A stretch of 64,000 bases of DNA from Antedon mediterranea (Eukaryota > Animalia > Echinodermata): the NCBI RefSeq assembly GCF_964355755.1, contig NC_092680.1, forward strand, positions 13,339,045 to 13,403,044, given 5' to 3'. A program made the position numbers and the translations under genes. Positions 27,101-36,856 of the stretch are shown one piece after another. Position 1 is the first letter of the stretch; every line of letters starts with the position of its first letter. Under the pieces are notes generated by a model. It ran no database searches and was not told where the DNA came from. It saw only the letters and a program-made list of their open reading frames with translations.

Positions 27101-28360
27101 GAATAAATAATAAATAGAGGGTGAATGAATGGATGGATAGGTAGAGGGATGAATGATTACACATTTCTATGTGTATACTGATAAATTGAAATATGTGCTA
27201 ATTGAAGCTATGCAATTGTATGATTAAATTAGTAGTTAACATTCTTGTCAAAGCTTCTTCATGATGATTGTAAAGTTAGTCATAGCTGTTTGAGATAAAT
27301 GAAGTTACATCCTCCTACTGCAGCTTTGTCTCATGTACATACCCCACTTACAAAAAATGATATTTCACATTTTGTACTATATAAGTATATTGCTAAATCA
27401 GATTTACATGATTGTTGATATTCCGGTATTTATACCTTTACAGTTACTGTAGGGTCTATGTAAGTAACTAGACAGTGATTAATAAGCTAATTATATTGAT
27501 TTTTAAAATGACACTACATAAGCTACGACACTTTAAATTAAATGTCATATAAATTCTCCATTCATGCACAATAAGTAAACCCAACTAACCCAATCATTTG
27601 TTATCTTCTTTTTAGATGGTATTCACTGTAAATAATGGTCAAAATTCAATGTATGTGACGTTTACACCAAAATCTATACTATGTGACTACAAATGGCATG
27701 AAGTTCACGCCCTCAAGGACGGTGACATGCTACAACTTAACGTTGATGAAAGTGATCGACCAGAAGAGTACACAGGAAGCGGAACGACAACAAGTGCAGA
27801 TACGACTAGTTCACTTTTCTTTGGTGGTATACCAGGTAAGTTTCCATTCATTTTAAGCAAGAAAAAAAAGGTCCAGTGATTAATATTTATTGAATTTGGA
27901 TTTGGGATTGGTAGCATCCATAACCTAGGACCTTGGTATTGGTAGCATACATAACCTAGGACTTGGTATTGGTAGCATCCATAACCTAGGACCTGGTATT
28001 GGTAGCATCCATAACCTAGGACCTTGGTATTGGTAGCATCCATAACCTAGGACCTTGGTATTGGTAGCATCCATAACCTAGGACCTGGTATTGATAACAG
28101 GCCATAGCATAACATCCATAACGTATAGAGGACCCTAAACCCAAATATATGTTTGTATAAACATGATTAAAATAAACCCTTTCCTTTTATACCCATCATA
28201 TTTATAATACTGTATAATCATTATCGCTTTAGATTCTTTGTCAGCAAAATCTGGGTTTAATGGCTGTATCAGAAACATCATCCTAAATGGCGCCTATACC
28301 GACCTTTACTCTGCATACCAACATCATCACGTCATACTTGGAGTTTGTCCGCAAGGTTGA
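1..28360 (+). CDS. LAMA: Laminin alpha chain (alpha1/alpha2-like), 3' part: coiled-coil domains I/II plus LG1-LG5; 28 exons in window, 5' end outside
   Basis: 28 GT-AG exons join in frame. Motifs: [31 protein letters not shown] (IKVAV-equivalent), five LG modules with F.GC and GG.P, RKRR in LG3, [11 protein letters not shown] at LG4 start, C-terminal GVCPQG-stop. Confidence 0.93.
524..677 (+). CDS. LAMA: laminin alpha exon (coiled coil)
   Basis: acceptor tttttacag; DTIEYVRNQ...[17 protein letters not shown]; donor gtaagt. Confidence 0.88.
935..1145 (+). CDS. LAMA: laminin alpha exon (coiled coil)
   Basis: [13 protein letters not shown]...NKQQVE; ag/gtaag boundaries, phase fits. Confidence 0.88.
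1584..1700 (+). CDS. LAMA: laminin alpha exon (coiled coil)
   Basis: [24 protein letters not shown]...NSQ; tag/gtttgt. Confidence 0.85.
2150..2307 (+). CDS. LAMA: laminin alpha exon (coiled coil)
   Basis: [12 protein letters not shown]...[16 protein letters not shown]; tag/gtaagt. Confidence 0.87.
2564..2702 (+). CDS. LAMA: laminin alpha exon (coiled coil)
   Basis: [33 protein letters not shown], a conserved laminin alpha motif; cag/gtaagt. Confidence 0.92.
2842..3064 (+). CDS. LAMA: laminin alpha exon (coiled coil)
   Basis: [24 protein letters not shown]...GSFDT; tag/gtgag. Confidence 0.87.
3164..4299. mobile_element. Foldback/MITE-like non-autonomous DNA transposon with long TIRs and an internal palindrome
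   Basis: tataatatgggcggccattaggg... is mirrored by ...ccctaatggccgcccatattata; 18-bp subrepeats (cgtaaggacaaaaattg) in both arms; second IR at 3397-3835. Confidence 0.85.
4426..4608 (+). CDS. LAMA: laminin alpha exon (coiled coil)
   Basis: [17 protein letters not shown]...DEADKT; tag/gtatgt. Confidence 0.87.
4874..5028 (+). CDS. LAMA: laminin alpha exon (end of coiled coil)
   Basis: ...[19 protein letters not shown]; tag/gtaagt. Confidence 0.92.
5498..5641 (+). CDS. LAMA: laminin alpha exon (LG1 start)
   Basis: [17 protein letters not shown]...[10 protein letters not shown]. Confidence 0.92.
5931..6061 (+). CDS. LAMA: laminin alpha exon (LG1)
   Basis: [22 protein letters not shown]...[11 protein letters not shown]. 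Confidence 0.93.
6246..6395. repeat. (ATC)n degenerate microsatellite
   Basis: run of atc/gtc triplets in an intron. Confidence 0.9.
6503..6680 (+). CDS. LAMA: laminin alpha exon (LG1)
   Basis: SGRQTLLNV...[26 protein letters not shown]. Confidence 0.92.
6852..6896 (+). ncRNA. Degenerate Penelope-type minimal hammerhead ribozyme motif
   Basis: CTGATGA-a-GGGC(tagtgtt)GCCC-GAA-AGCT-C; core and stem II intact, stem I poorly paired. Confidence 0.5.
7205..7326 (+). CDS. LAMA: laminin alpha exon (LG1 end)
   Basis: [28 protein letters not shown]...CSLCSR. Confidence 0.93.
8209..8359 (+). CDS. LAMA: laminin alpha exon (LG2)
   Basis: [11 protein letters not shown]...[12 protein letters not shown]. 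Confidence 0.92.
8694..8838 (+). CDS. LAMA: laminin alpha exon (LG2)
   Basis: [20 protein letters not shown]...VNDGEWHSI. Confidence 0.93.
9521..9638 (+). CDS. LAMA: laminin alpha exon (LG2)
   Basis: AFVNVDGE...RLYFGGLD. Confidence 0.92.
10164..10284 (+). CDS. LAMA: laminin alpha exon (LG2 end)
   Basis: [11 protein letters not shown]...VGCVKQ. Confidence 0.92.
10683..10856 (+). CDS. LAMA: laminin alpha exon (LG3 start, with RKRR)
   Basis: [15 protein letters not shown]...[24 protein letters not shown]. Confidence 0.93.
11658..11806 (+). CDS. LAMA: laminin alpha exon (LG3)
   Basis: [21 protein letters not shown]...FNDGKPHVV. Confidence 0.93.
12305..12487 (+). CDS. LAMA: laminin alpha exon (LG3)
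   Basis: IKLYVDD...IFIGGVP...LSGCIQNL. Confidence 0.93.
12629..14518. mobile_element. Foldback-type DNA element with (ggacaactacccc)n arms and 8-bp TSD
   Basis: C-rich left arm 12629-12815 and inverted G-rich right arm 13915-14518; gttctgcg duplicated at 12621-12628 and 14519-14526. Confidence 0.8.
12876..13279. mobile_element. Mutator-like MITE with internal ~23-bp tandem array, nested in the previous element
   Basis: TIR gggtgtttcgaaactagagaccc; perfect 9-bp TSD gtttttaac; repeats of gggtctcccttttcgtata. Confidence 0.85.
14769..14905 (+). CDS. LAMA: laminin alpha exon (LG3 end/hinge)
   Basis: [21 protein letters not shown]...VNTP; tag/gtaaag, phase fits. Confidence 0.88.
14985..15415. 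repeat. 15-19-bp minisatellite (aaataagtaccacagtc)
   Basis: roughly 25 tandem units visible. Confidence 0.9.
15765..16138 (+). mobile_element. LINE 3' fragment (Rex1/Babar- or L2-like)
   Basis: [17 protein letters not shown]...SRRL...[16 protein letters not shown]2 C-terminal signature; (aatctg)n tail. Confidence 0.6.
16775..18180 (+). mobile_element. 5'-truncated CR1/L2-type LINE with poly(A), split by a MITE
   Basis: [14 protein letters not shown]...FDIENV | [14 protein letters not shown] once the MITE is removed; poly(A) at 18161-18180. Confidence 0.75.
16909..17980. mobile_element. Mutator-like MITE (TIR gggtgtcacgaaacctaagacc) with internal palindrome
   Basis: ~90-bp near-perfect TIRs; imperfect tgaaaa.g.g TSD; internal IR 17008-17653. 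Confidence 0.85.
19435..19612 (+). CDS. LAMA: laminin alpha exon (hinge/LG4 start)
   Basis: ...PQCY...[15 protein letters not shown], typical of alpha1/2. Confidence 0.92.
20794..20926. mobile_element. small MITE (partial inverted copy at ~7911-8000)
   Basis: TIR ctgtctacactat..caaact / agtttgatagtgtagacag. Confidence 0.7.
21200..21284 (-). pseudogene. 85-bp copy of the GPCR TM3/DRY segment
   Basis: 82/85 identical to 22431-22515. Confidence 0.85.
21778..22812 (-). CDS. HTR1: Serotonin receptor 5-HT1-like class A GPCR, intronless ORF nested antisense in a laminin intron
   Basis: 344-aa 7TM ORF: [26 protein letters not shown] (D3.32), [38 protein letters not shown]. Confidence 0.9.
   Translation of the reverse strand: MASDIHTNWTNCINQTNFVFESSTTVAFKLIVAFLLVIVISCIFCGNILVLLAIWKESSLQLPQNYLIASLALSDLLLSILVLPISLVSALTDDWVLGNTVCNIWISSDVFCCTASILNLCIISLDRYWAITQHVNYMRKRTRKRMITMIIFVWLVALVISITPLLGLRSTESNLKECIITQNKFYTIFSTFGAFFIPMTVMLVVYWRTFRKAMDHIHKQSKFHPISARNSDSSFKKPNSAIKSMLCIGSTKQSLIIRRERRATKTLCIVTGAFLISWLPFFITALILPFCSSCSLPQVWGSVFLWLGYSNSAVNPIIYTKFNKDFQHAFRKLLHLKQPTMDTV
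24947..25142 (+). CDS. LAMA: laminin alpha exon (LG4)
   Basis: FEIEIEFRT...GVL...FQFDNG...VDDGLWHQ. Confidence 0.93.
25425..25583 (+). CDS. LAMA: laminin alpha exon (LG4)
   Basis: [16 protein letters not shown]...SPLYIGGIP. Confidence 0.93.
26120..26279 (+). CDS. LAMA: laminin alpha exon (LG4/LG5)
   Basis: [11 protein letters not shown]...GVTNCY...FLGSGF. Confidence 0.93.
26662..26795 (+). CDS. LAMA: laminin alpha exon (LG5)
   Basis: [23 protein letters not shown]...[10 protein letters not shown]. Confidence 0.93.
27616..27835 (+). CDS. LAMA: laminin alpha exon (LG5)
   Basis: MVFTVNNG...LCDYKWH...[15 protein letters not shown]. Confidence 0.94.
27908..28095. repeat. 30-31-bp minisatellite, ~6 copies
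   Basis: ggtagcatccataacctaggaccttggtatt tandem. Confidence 0.9.
28233..28360 (+). CDS. LAMA: laminin alpha terminal coding exon
   Basis: [13 protein letters not shown]...GVCPQG*; TGA ends at 28360. Confidence 0.93.
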
Positions 28361-29525
28361 GATTTACAACAGATTTAACTAATTTTAATTTATAGTATTT
28401 ACCCAAAGATGTTTCTATTATAAATATTTTGATGAAAAGCTATTTTTACAGTATTTATAAGATGATGTATTTGTATGGATTTAACAATGTAAATGGATGA
28501 TTTTATTTTAATAAAAACATATTTTAAAGCATTAAATGTCTTGAAAGATAGCTTAAACATAAAGCCTTCTTGCAATTTAACTTTTAATTGAAAAATATTT
28601 AAAATAATTGGAAGATGGTGTAAATGAATGTTGATAAAGTTCATCCAAGCATTTTAAGTTAAATATTCAAATTATTAACAATATGAAAGAAAGTGTCCAT
28701 TTGAATTAACTGCAAGGTTTTGATGAGGACAGTGGTTGGAATAAAAGTTATAATTTCAACATCTTGGTAACTTTAGGATTGCGCAAAATAGGAGAGTTTC
28801 TACAAAGTCTCCTTTTAATAGGTCGCTATATCATTTTAAAGGTTTCTGGTAGAATTGACCTATAAAACACTGTTAGTCATTGTTGGGTCATTTTATCTTC
28901 TCTGTATTCTTGTTCAGTGTCATACTGTATTTCAACAGAAAGACGACAGATGTGACAACATGTAAAATAGACAATTTTAGGGTAAAAATTTTATAAACAT
29001 TTTGTATTTATTTAATTGTAAATATTTTATGTACAGTGTTTTAAATTTTAATATGTATTTAATAACTTGTTTATAAAGGATTTCTAAGAGTGCTTTCACT
29101 GCGACTACAAACTTCTAATTTAGACAAAAAAATACTGAAGTGTCTTTCAGTGCATTCCTATGAATATGATATTTGGGGCAGTAAAGGTACACAATGGAGT
29201 TTGGTATTATTCATTACTTATTTTATATCACAGTTTTTTTTAAGATACTTAATCATAAGTGTGAGGTTAGATTATAGTACTGTTCAAATTCTAAGCATAC
29301 ACATTTATGTCAGACTTGGACAAACAATTGTTAATGTTATGACTTTTAGATGATAAGTTAAAACTTATTTAGAACGATACAATTAATATTTTTAACAAAA
29401 TAACCCAGTTTAATTACATGATTTTTATAATACAAACAATATTCTGGACATACACATTCTATTATGACAATTAATGTTTTAACATTTGGTTTTTAAGCAT
29501 GTCAGTTTCAACAAATGTTGTGTTT

Positions 29526-29767
29526 GGAGTTGGATAGCCTAGTGGTTAGGACACTTGACTGTCATACAGATAGACCCGGGTTCAATTCCCGACAACTCCC
29601 AGTCCACTCAGCTGTAAATGAGTACCTAGTTGAAAATACTAGGGAGAACAAAGGCGGCATGGAAAGGAACTGGCCACCGTACCACATAATGCCGAGGCTT
29701 AGTACAATGAGCTCCTAACAGCTTATTCCCCTACGTTCATAGAACACGGGACTCACCTCACCTCACC
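29526..29767 (+). mobile_element. tRNA-derived SINE
   Basis: A box tagcctagtgg, B box ggttcaattcc, gtccactcagctgtaaatgagtacct core, (ctcac)n tail. Confidence 0.75.
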
Positions 29768-29829
29768 AAGGGGAAAAAAGGTAAATAAGCGTTCTCAGGG
29801 GTATCAGAATGGCGTCAACATTTTTAATA

Positions 29830-30647
29830 TGCATGTCTATGACAATAAACTATGGTTACATTCAGTTTATACTGGTATGATATTGTTAAATTGTGTTGTA
29901 AGCTAGTATACAGTAAAAACAAATTACCATGTAAAAAAAGCAAATTTCGACCCTTTTAATTGTATTGCACTATCTATGATGATAATGAAACAATATCTGG
30001 ATTGTTAAGAGTTCAGTGCATAACTTAATTCTGAAAGCCTTCTTTCTTCCACATAACATTTTTGCAAACACTTGTCAAGATCGATAAGTGGTAAGATATT
30101 CACTAAACAAACTAATCTTATTTTATTTTATTTTCTAAAAAACAATTGAATATATCTATCTGCATAGGCAGAAAATGCAGAATGTTATACCATACCTATA
30201 CCATAGGATCCATGCCTATACATAACAAAAGCATACCATATTGAGAAAAAAAAAAGTAATTAATTCCATACCTTTAATGCTTAGGCCTAACTTGTCTCAT
30301 AAAGATCTCTATGCTTGTCTAAAGTTTGTCAACCTACCGCTGATAAACTTGCTATTATTGAATTCCGCGCAACGGCACTTAATTGTAATTTTTAAAAATC
30401 ACAATGGATTTTTTTTTTCTCTCCGCAAAATGCTCTGTTGTTTTGCCCTCCACTTTTAAAGATGGGTCTGCTGTTGGATCAATTCTTGCTATAAAGGTTT
30501 CTGGAAAATTGAAGTAATGTGTAGCTGGCCCTACAATTCCTTGTAAAATCTCGAGTGCGTACTTATAGGCACGAGCGTACCCAGGTTCCTTTTGATGATT
30601 CACCTGTTTGTGTGTTATAATATAGGTAGAAATATGTGTGTACTGTC
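29830..30647 (-). pseudogene. Decayed copy 1 of an unidentified spliced gene (exon 30272-30603)
   Basis: acceptor cag|VNHQKEPGYARAYKYALEILQGIVGPATHYFNFPETFIARIDP; later stops; donor gtatgg; paralogous to 45208-46405 plus 53085-53240. Confidence 0.55.
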
Positions 30648-30819
30648 CCACTTTGTAGTAATCGTCGCACTTTGTAATACCTGTCGCACTTTGTAACAAA
30701 ACTGTGCCACTTATTGTAATATTACAAAGTATGACCATTATTTTTAAAAAACATATGTTCGCGCGACTCGGGGGATCGAGATCCTGCTGCAGACTACGGT
30801 AACTGGTCCAGTACCAGTA

Positions 30820-31520
30820 GACCAAATTTGTTACCGGTGGAGCACAGTGATATGAAATAGAAATAAACACTAATTTTACTATCCGTATGTACTCACGTTG
30901 GACCCAATTTGGCGCCAGTGGAGCACAGTGATATAAAATAGAATAAGTCACTGAATTTTAATATTTTTTTGTATGTTAATACACTGTGCTCAAGTGGACC
31001 CAATTTGGCGCCAGTGGAGCGCAGTGATATAAAATAGAATAAGTCACTGAATTTTAATATATTTTCGTATGTTAATACATTATACTCAAAGTGGACCCAA
31101 TTTGGCGCCAACAGAGCAAAGTGATATAAAATATAAATAAGTCACTGAATTTTAATATATTTTCGTATGTTAATACACTGTGCTCAAGTGGACCCAAATT
31201 GGAGCCAGTGGAGCACACAGTGATATTAAATAGAAACAAGTCACTTAATTTGAATATCTTTTCGTATGTTAATACATTGTGCTCAAGTGGACCCAATTTG
31301 GCGCCAGTGGAGCACAGTGATATAAAATAGAAATAAGTCACTGAATTTTAATATCTGTTCGTATGTTAGTAATACAGTGTGCTCCAGTGGATCCAATTTG
31401 TCGCCTGTGAGAACAGTGATATAAAACAGAAACAAGTCACTTAATTTTAATATCTTTTTCTATGTGAATTCACTGTGCTCCAGTGGATCCAATTTGGCGC
31501 AATTTGAGCACAGCGAAATA
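30820..31520. repeat. ~95-bp satellite (ggacccaatttggcgccagtggagcacagtg...)
   Basis: about 7 tandem units; related units at 31870-31990 and 44090-44440. Confidence 0.9.
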
Positions 31521-32297
31521 GTCACATACAAAAACATCGAGAAAAAATATTTCTCGAATTCAAAAATATTTCAAACTTGGGTAATATATGTTCAATATCG
31601 GTTACTTCATCCGTAATGCAAAAAAAAAAGTTTCAAGCCACATCAGTTATTTTACTAACTTGCGTTTTATTTGTTTAAGATAAATACTTATTATTAAAAA
31701 CATACAATTCCGACACATTACACTTTAATAATGATTTTGACAAAAACAAAAAAAAACGGTTAGGAATTCTATTTTATTCTATAAATTAACAACTTAAATT
31801 AAAAATATACCAAGAAATATATAGGCCTATTAAATTCGAGGAATATTTTTTTTTAATTCAAAAGAAATGTTCGTATGTTAATACCCTGTGTTCCAGTGAA
31901 TCAAATTTGGCGCCAGTAGAGCACAGCAAAATATTCATACAAAAACTTCGAGAAAGAAAATTTCTCGAATTCAAAAATATTTCATTGGTATAATGTTCAA
32001 TATCGGTTACTTCATCCGTAATGCAAAAAAAAAAGTCTTAAGAAGTCAAATCAGTGATTTTAGTAATTTGCGTTCGTCTAAAATGTATATTTATTATGTA
32101 AACCATACAATTCCAACACATTTTTTAAACTTAAAGTCATAATTTCCCTACACATTTGAAATTTAGTAGTACCTGTATACGTATACTTAATAGGTCACTA
32201 TACGTTCAATATGTTACTACATCGTTCATATTTTTAACACATGTTTTTTTAATCGCTAAAGCTTAAAAAAATGTGTTGAAATTGTATGTTCATTTAT

Positions 32298-32332
<35 letters not shown>

Positions 32333-32690
32333 TTTATTTCTTAAATAAAAACAAAATACAGTTACATTTTCTAGAAATAATAGATAATAAATAAGAAAAA
32401 GGGTACCTATTTATCTTAGACAAACGCAAGTTATTACAATCACTAATGTGGCTTGAAACTAATTTTTCTTTCCCGTCTTAGATGTCCACATGTTGAAGCG
32501 GATACATTAAAAAATAACACATTTAAAAATAGAGGGGTCTCCTACGCAGCATACGAAAAATATTACGGTAGTGTTATTTACTACTGCATGTACTACACTG
32601 GCCACTATTTACCGAATTACTGTATATCTGATTCTTCATAATTTCAAAATAATATTAATTTTTCATTTCATTTGATTATTTCACATGTAA

Positions 32691-33017
32691 GTGAGTGTGG
32701 CCGAGCGGTTAAGACAGTGGATATCTCGGATAAGGACTATAAACCGTAGGTCCAGTGTACATCTGGCTCATGTGCACTTTAAAGAACCTAGTACATCTTT
32801 CGAGACGAGTAGGGGGTTACCCCGGCGTACTAGTTCATACACACACTGTCGTGGACAGACTTAATGGCGCCGTAGTTGGCTGCCGATGACACGATGTGAC
32901 CCTTAGGGGAGAAGAGTGTTGTTGAAAAGGTGTAACATCTTAGTCCACAGCGCCTTTGATCACTTGTTGCTGGAATTGGCGCTCTTACAAATTCGTATAT
33001 ATTATTATTATTATATT
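32691..33017 (+). mobile_element. Deu-domain tRNA-SINE (B box deleted)
   Basis: A box tggccgagcgg; aaaccgtaggtcc...ttaaagaacc...gagtagggggttaccccgg resembles the DeuSINE core; (att)n tail. Confidence 0.75.
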
Positions 33018-33091
33018 ATAAGCCTTGTTAAATGATGTGTGGAATCGCCAAAAAAGGCTTTTTCTGCATTAAAAAATAAGTTTAAGTTAGT

Positions 33092-33700
33092 AAACAAGCA
33101 CGAATGTGCGATACTCGGGGTACAGAAAAGCTGTAAATAACGTCATAAAATGGGATGTAACGTCACATACACATCGATAACCGCGCTACCAAATACGGCT
33201 ATTTTTTTCTATTTCCGGAAACAGAAGTGACGTTACAATATCATAAGTAGGTTTTACTGTATATTCTTATTCTCCAAGTCAAGACCTTTGAAATGACACC
33301 AAACAAGGCTAGATTACGACGAAAATCGTTTGGCACCAAGGTACCATCTTCGAGACGTCATATGGCTGCATCCGGTTTGAAATTTAAAAATCCCGCTCTA
33401 TAGGTTTGAGGACATGTTCCTGTAGAATATTCATGCCAAATCAATACTCATGCTCAATACTTCAACGAATAAGGGAGGAGTAGTACTTTATAAATCGCAC
33501 TTTTTCGATTGGTACCATGTTTAGGACGTCATCATTATGCATCCGGTTGAAGTACTAACATTTCCTCTCTATAGCTTTGTTCACCTATTACCCTAGATAG
33601 TATATGCATGCCATGTTTCAGAGCCGTCAGACGACGCGTAAAGAACTAGTAGGACTTGAAGGTTGGCTCAATAGTGTCCAGATGGAAGAAGAAGAAGAAC
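33092..33700 (-). mobile_element. Helentron-associated (HINE/DINE-1-like) element, one end missing
   Basis: aacaag-gcacgaatgtgc hairpin-tactcggggtac terminus; internal blocks shared with the 33916 and 40437 copies. Confidence 0.6.
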
Positions 33701-33915
33701 TTAACTTATCTGTGTAGGCTTACTGTAGTATACATTATAGCAACCGATTTTTTTTTATGCCACCCACCCAACTGTATCAATACCTATTTATATTTATTTC
33801 CTCAACAAATTGATGTAAATAAATATTGAGCTATAGTAAGCATTAAATTTTGCGCTTTTTTCGGGGCTTCCCCTCGATGTACGTTCGCATTGAACTTGAA
33901 CGCAACAACGCAATC

Positions 33916-34262
33916 AACAAGCACGAATGTGCAATACTCGGGGTACAGCAAATGAAGCTGTAATGACGTCATAATACGGGATGTGACGTCACATAAACAT
34001 CAATAACCTACCAAATACGGCTATATGGTACCATCTTCGAGACGTCATATGGCTGCATCCGGTTTGAAATTTAAAAATCCGGCTCTATAGATTTGAGGAC
34101 ATCTCCCTGTAGTATATTCATGCCAAATCCCAGCTCAATACTACAACTAATAAGGGAGGAGTAGTACCTTATAAATCGCACTTTTTGCTCAATAGTGTCC
34201 TGTCCGGATGGAAGAAGAAAAGGAAAAGATGAGAGAGTCCTAGACTCGGGTACTCCGAGTAA
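33916..34262 (-). mobile_element. HINE/DINE-1-like element, complete
   Basis: subTIR tactcggggtac / gtactccgagta plus terminal hairpins. Confidence 0.65.
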
Positions 34263-34309
34263 TAAACGAGATATACGTATACAGTATATTTCACCATAAA
34301 GTAAAAATA

Positions 34310-34368
34310 GGTTTCGCCGGAACCTTCTGCGTGTTAAGCAGACTTGACAACCACTACACTACGAAACC
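34310..34368 (-). pseudogene. tRNA-Val(AAC) pseudogene, T-arm deleted
   Basis: homologous to 40518-40589 but lacks the T-loop/B box. Confidence 0.7.
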
Positions 34369-35389
34369 TCTTACACTAAAAATGTGGGTTACACAACGTT
34401 TTTTAATCCATTTAAATTACAAATAAATATGGTAATCCAAAAAACTCCCTCTGGTGGACAAACTGCATATTAGGCCTATATCTAGGTATATTAAAACAAA
34501 CTGCATTTCTCTTCTATTTTTAAACGGACATTCTAATAGTCCAAGACATAATTCGTCACAGTCTGGCAGTATCACATTTCAAAAATTAAAATAATGTATA
34601 TCATTATATTTTCGGTGAATATCGCAATTCAATAAACGCTCTCTCTAGTGGACAATTGGCCTATCTTTACCGTATATTATTGGCACGTTTTTGGGCTTAT
34701 CTGTTTTATGTAGAACGTACCTGTTGCTATAATTTATAATTGATCCATATAAATGTAAATACAAATGTATGTAAAGAGGCCCTTAAACTCTCTCTGGCGG
34801 ACACTTTAGTTAAACACGATGTAGGCCTATCCTGTAGGGTTCAAATCTTAACTTTTATTGTCTGTATTGTGTTGAGTTCACTCAACCATGCAGTATTGCT
34901 AATTTGCATTTTGTGCCACACCATGTGTGCAGTAGACAATACACTCTATAAGTCTGGCAAGCTGCGTATTGTTCTATTGTAGCCAGTCTTACAATAGCAG
35001 TAGCAAGTGAAGGGAACAGTAGGCCTAGTGCTGTGCAGTTCATGTAGGTCGATTAGTCCACAAAGCTTAGGCCTACTGTTTGAAGATTTTAAACCTGTAA
35101 TTGGTCGCTTTTGAGGCTCAACCTTTGGTGAGTTTTTCCTTTATCTTTTTAGTAGTAATTGTAATGTAATTATGTAATTTGATAACAGTATTTATGCATA
35201 TTATTTATGGAAAGTGTTTGTCTTATGTTAGACCATTAATTCGTAGTTGCAGTATTCATATTATGTTAACCTTGTAGCTATATATTTAAATTGATATTTT
35301 GAAATCTCTTAATTGTTTTAGTTATTCGGAAACTTATGGCCAAGAAAATAAAGAAGTAACCGTACTGTATTAAAATAGCTTCAATGACA

Positions 35390-36072
35390 AATTACATATC
35401 CCTTCACACCATAACAAATTAAACTTGCTGCCCGTATTATTACTTTCTCTCACAATCTCGCCCTTTCCCAACCTTTACTTAAAAAACTCAATATTCTTAG
35501 TCTAAAAGATTTATTTACAACACAAATTGCTTCCTTTATTTTTCAATTCTTTAATACCAAACTCCCTGAGACAATGTCTCTATTAAGTCATCATACAAAA
35601 TCACACAAGTACAATTTATGTATCGAAAATAAATGTCGGCATCTTGATGTACCTCCTTTTAGACTGAAAATTTCCGAATATTTTATTTCTGTTTCAGGAC
35701 CGCGAATCTGGAATGATCTTGATGACAAACTAAAGCATTTTAAATCTCTTTTATATTTTTTGTAAAAATTTTTAAAAAAATATCTGATTTCTTTATACTA
35801 ATTTTAATATTATTATGATTGTAGTACACTGAAAGTATCTATTTATATTTCATCGTTTTTGTTTTTATTTATTATTTTATGTAGTAAATCGTATTAGTTT
35901 AAATGTATGTGTATTTTTTCTGGGGTCTTTCTCAAGACAAGAAACTTGATTTCTTCTAGAGAAGACCCCAAATGATGGCTTATTACTATGTTTTCATTTA
36001 TGTACACACCTATATATTATACTGTATAATGCCATTGTTGAACAAATAAATGTTTCTTGAACTTGAACTTGA
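35390..36072 (+). mobile_element. L2/CR1-type LINE 3' fragment
   Basis: AARIITFSH...SQPLLKKLNIL...SVSGPRIWNDL; aataaa and (cttgaa)n tail. Confidence 0.75.
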
Positions 36073-36351
36073 TATGTTTTAACCCACATTGTCCCCATAT
36101 ATAACTGCCAATACTTCGCCAGTATGGGCCGACCCATAATAGCCCATGAGTTTACACATGAGATACCTGTATGGGCCCCAAATGCACTAACCCATCAGAC
36201 CCATTTATTTTTAATATATTGCCCATATGTTTCGACCCACATTGTCCCCATATATAATTGCCCATACTTTGCCAGTATGGTACATTTGAAATCGCCAGTT
36301 TTTTTTTTACGCTGAAACCATCTAGTTATTTATACTTTACTTTCCCTTTAG

Positions 36352-36542
36352 GTATATTGGATATTTAACGGTCCCACGAGTTACAGAAAACTGTCAATCA
36401 AAAGGCACTCATTTGTCTGTTCACATCACTAATATGACTCAGATTACGAAAATGCTCTAGGTTCTTAAATGTGCACACAAGCTGGACATCCAGTTTTGAG
36501 ACTTGTGTTACTATTCAAAGGACCTTGGATGAACGTTTACAG
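36352..36542 (+). pseudogene. SMAD4: Degenerate Smad4-like MH1 exon
   Basis: ends TCVTIQRTLDERLQ|gtattc; in-frame stops upstream; intron start matches the 42991 copy. Confidence 0.65.
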
Positions 36543-36856
36543 GTATTCAATTTAACTATATTTAGAGAAAAATTGATAATAGAAAAATATTTAAAGATGT
36601 ATTCCAACAAAATAAAAAATAAAATATTTTGTAAAACATTTTGAAGTATCATAGTTAAAGATGCATTGTCCCTTGAAACACAAAAAATGAAGGTCAAAAT
36701 ATTCTAAATTTAAAGTGGCCATATCAAAGTAATAGTAATAGTCGAAAATTTAAGCCAAAACAAGAAGTTTACGTAATTAACAGGTAAATTAGTTCGATTA
36801 CATTTCATCTGGAAAATCGTCACGTAAACAAAGATTTCAAACCATGAGTACGCATT

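Noticed and set aside
27908-28095. 30-31-bp repeats superficially like a CRISPR array
   Set aside because: Head-to-tail units without unique spacers, inside a eukaryotic intron
29526-29600. tRNA-Asp(GTC)-like cloverleaf
   Set aside because: Continues into a SINE body and tail and has an imperfect anticodon stem; called as SINE head
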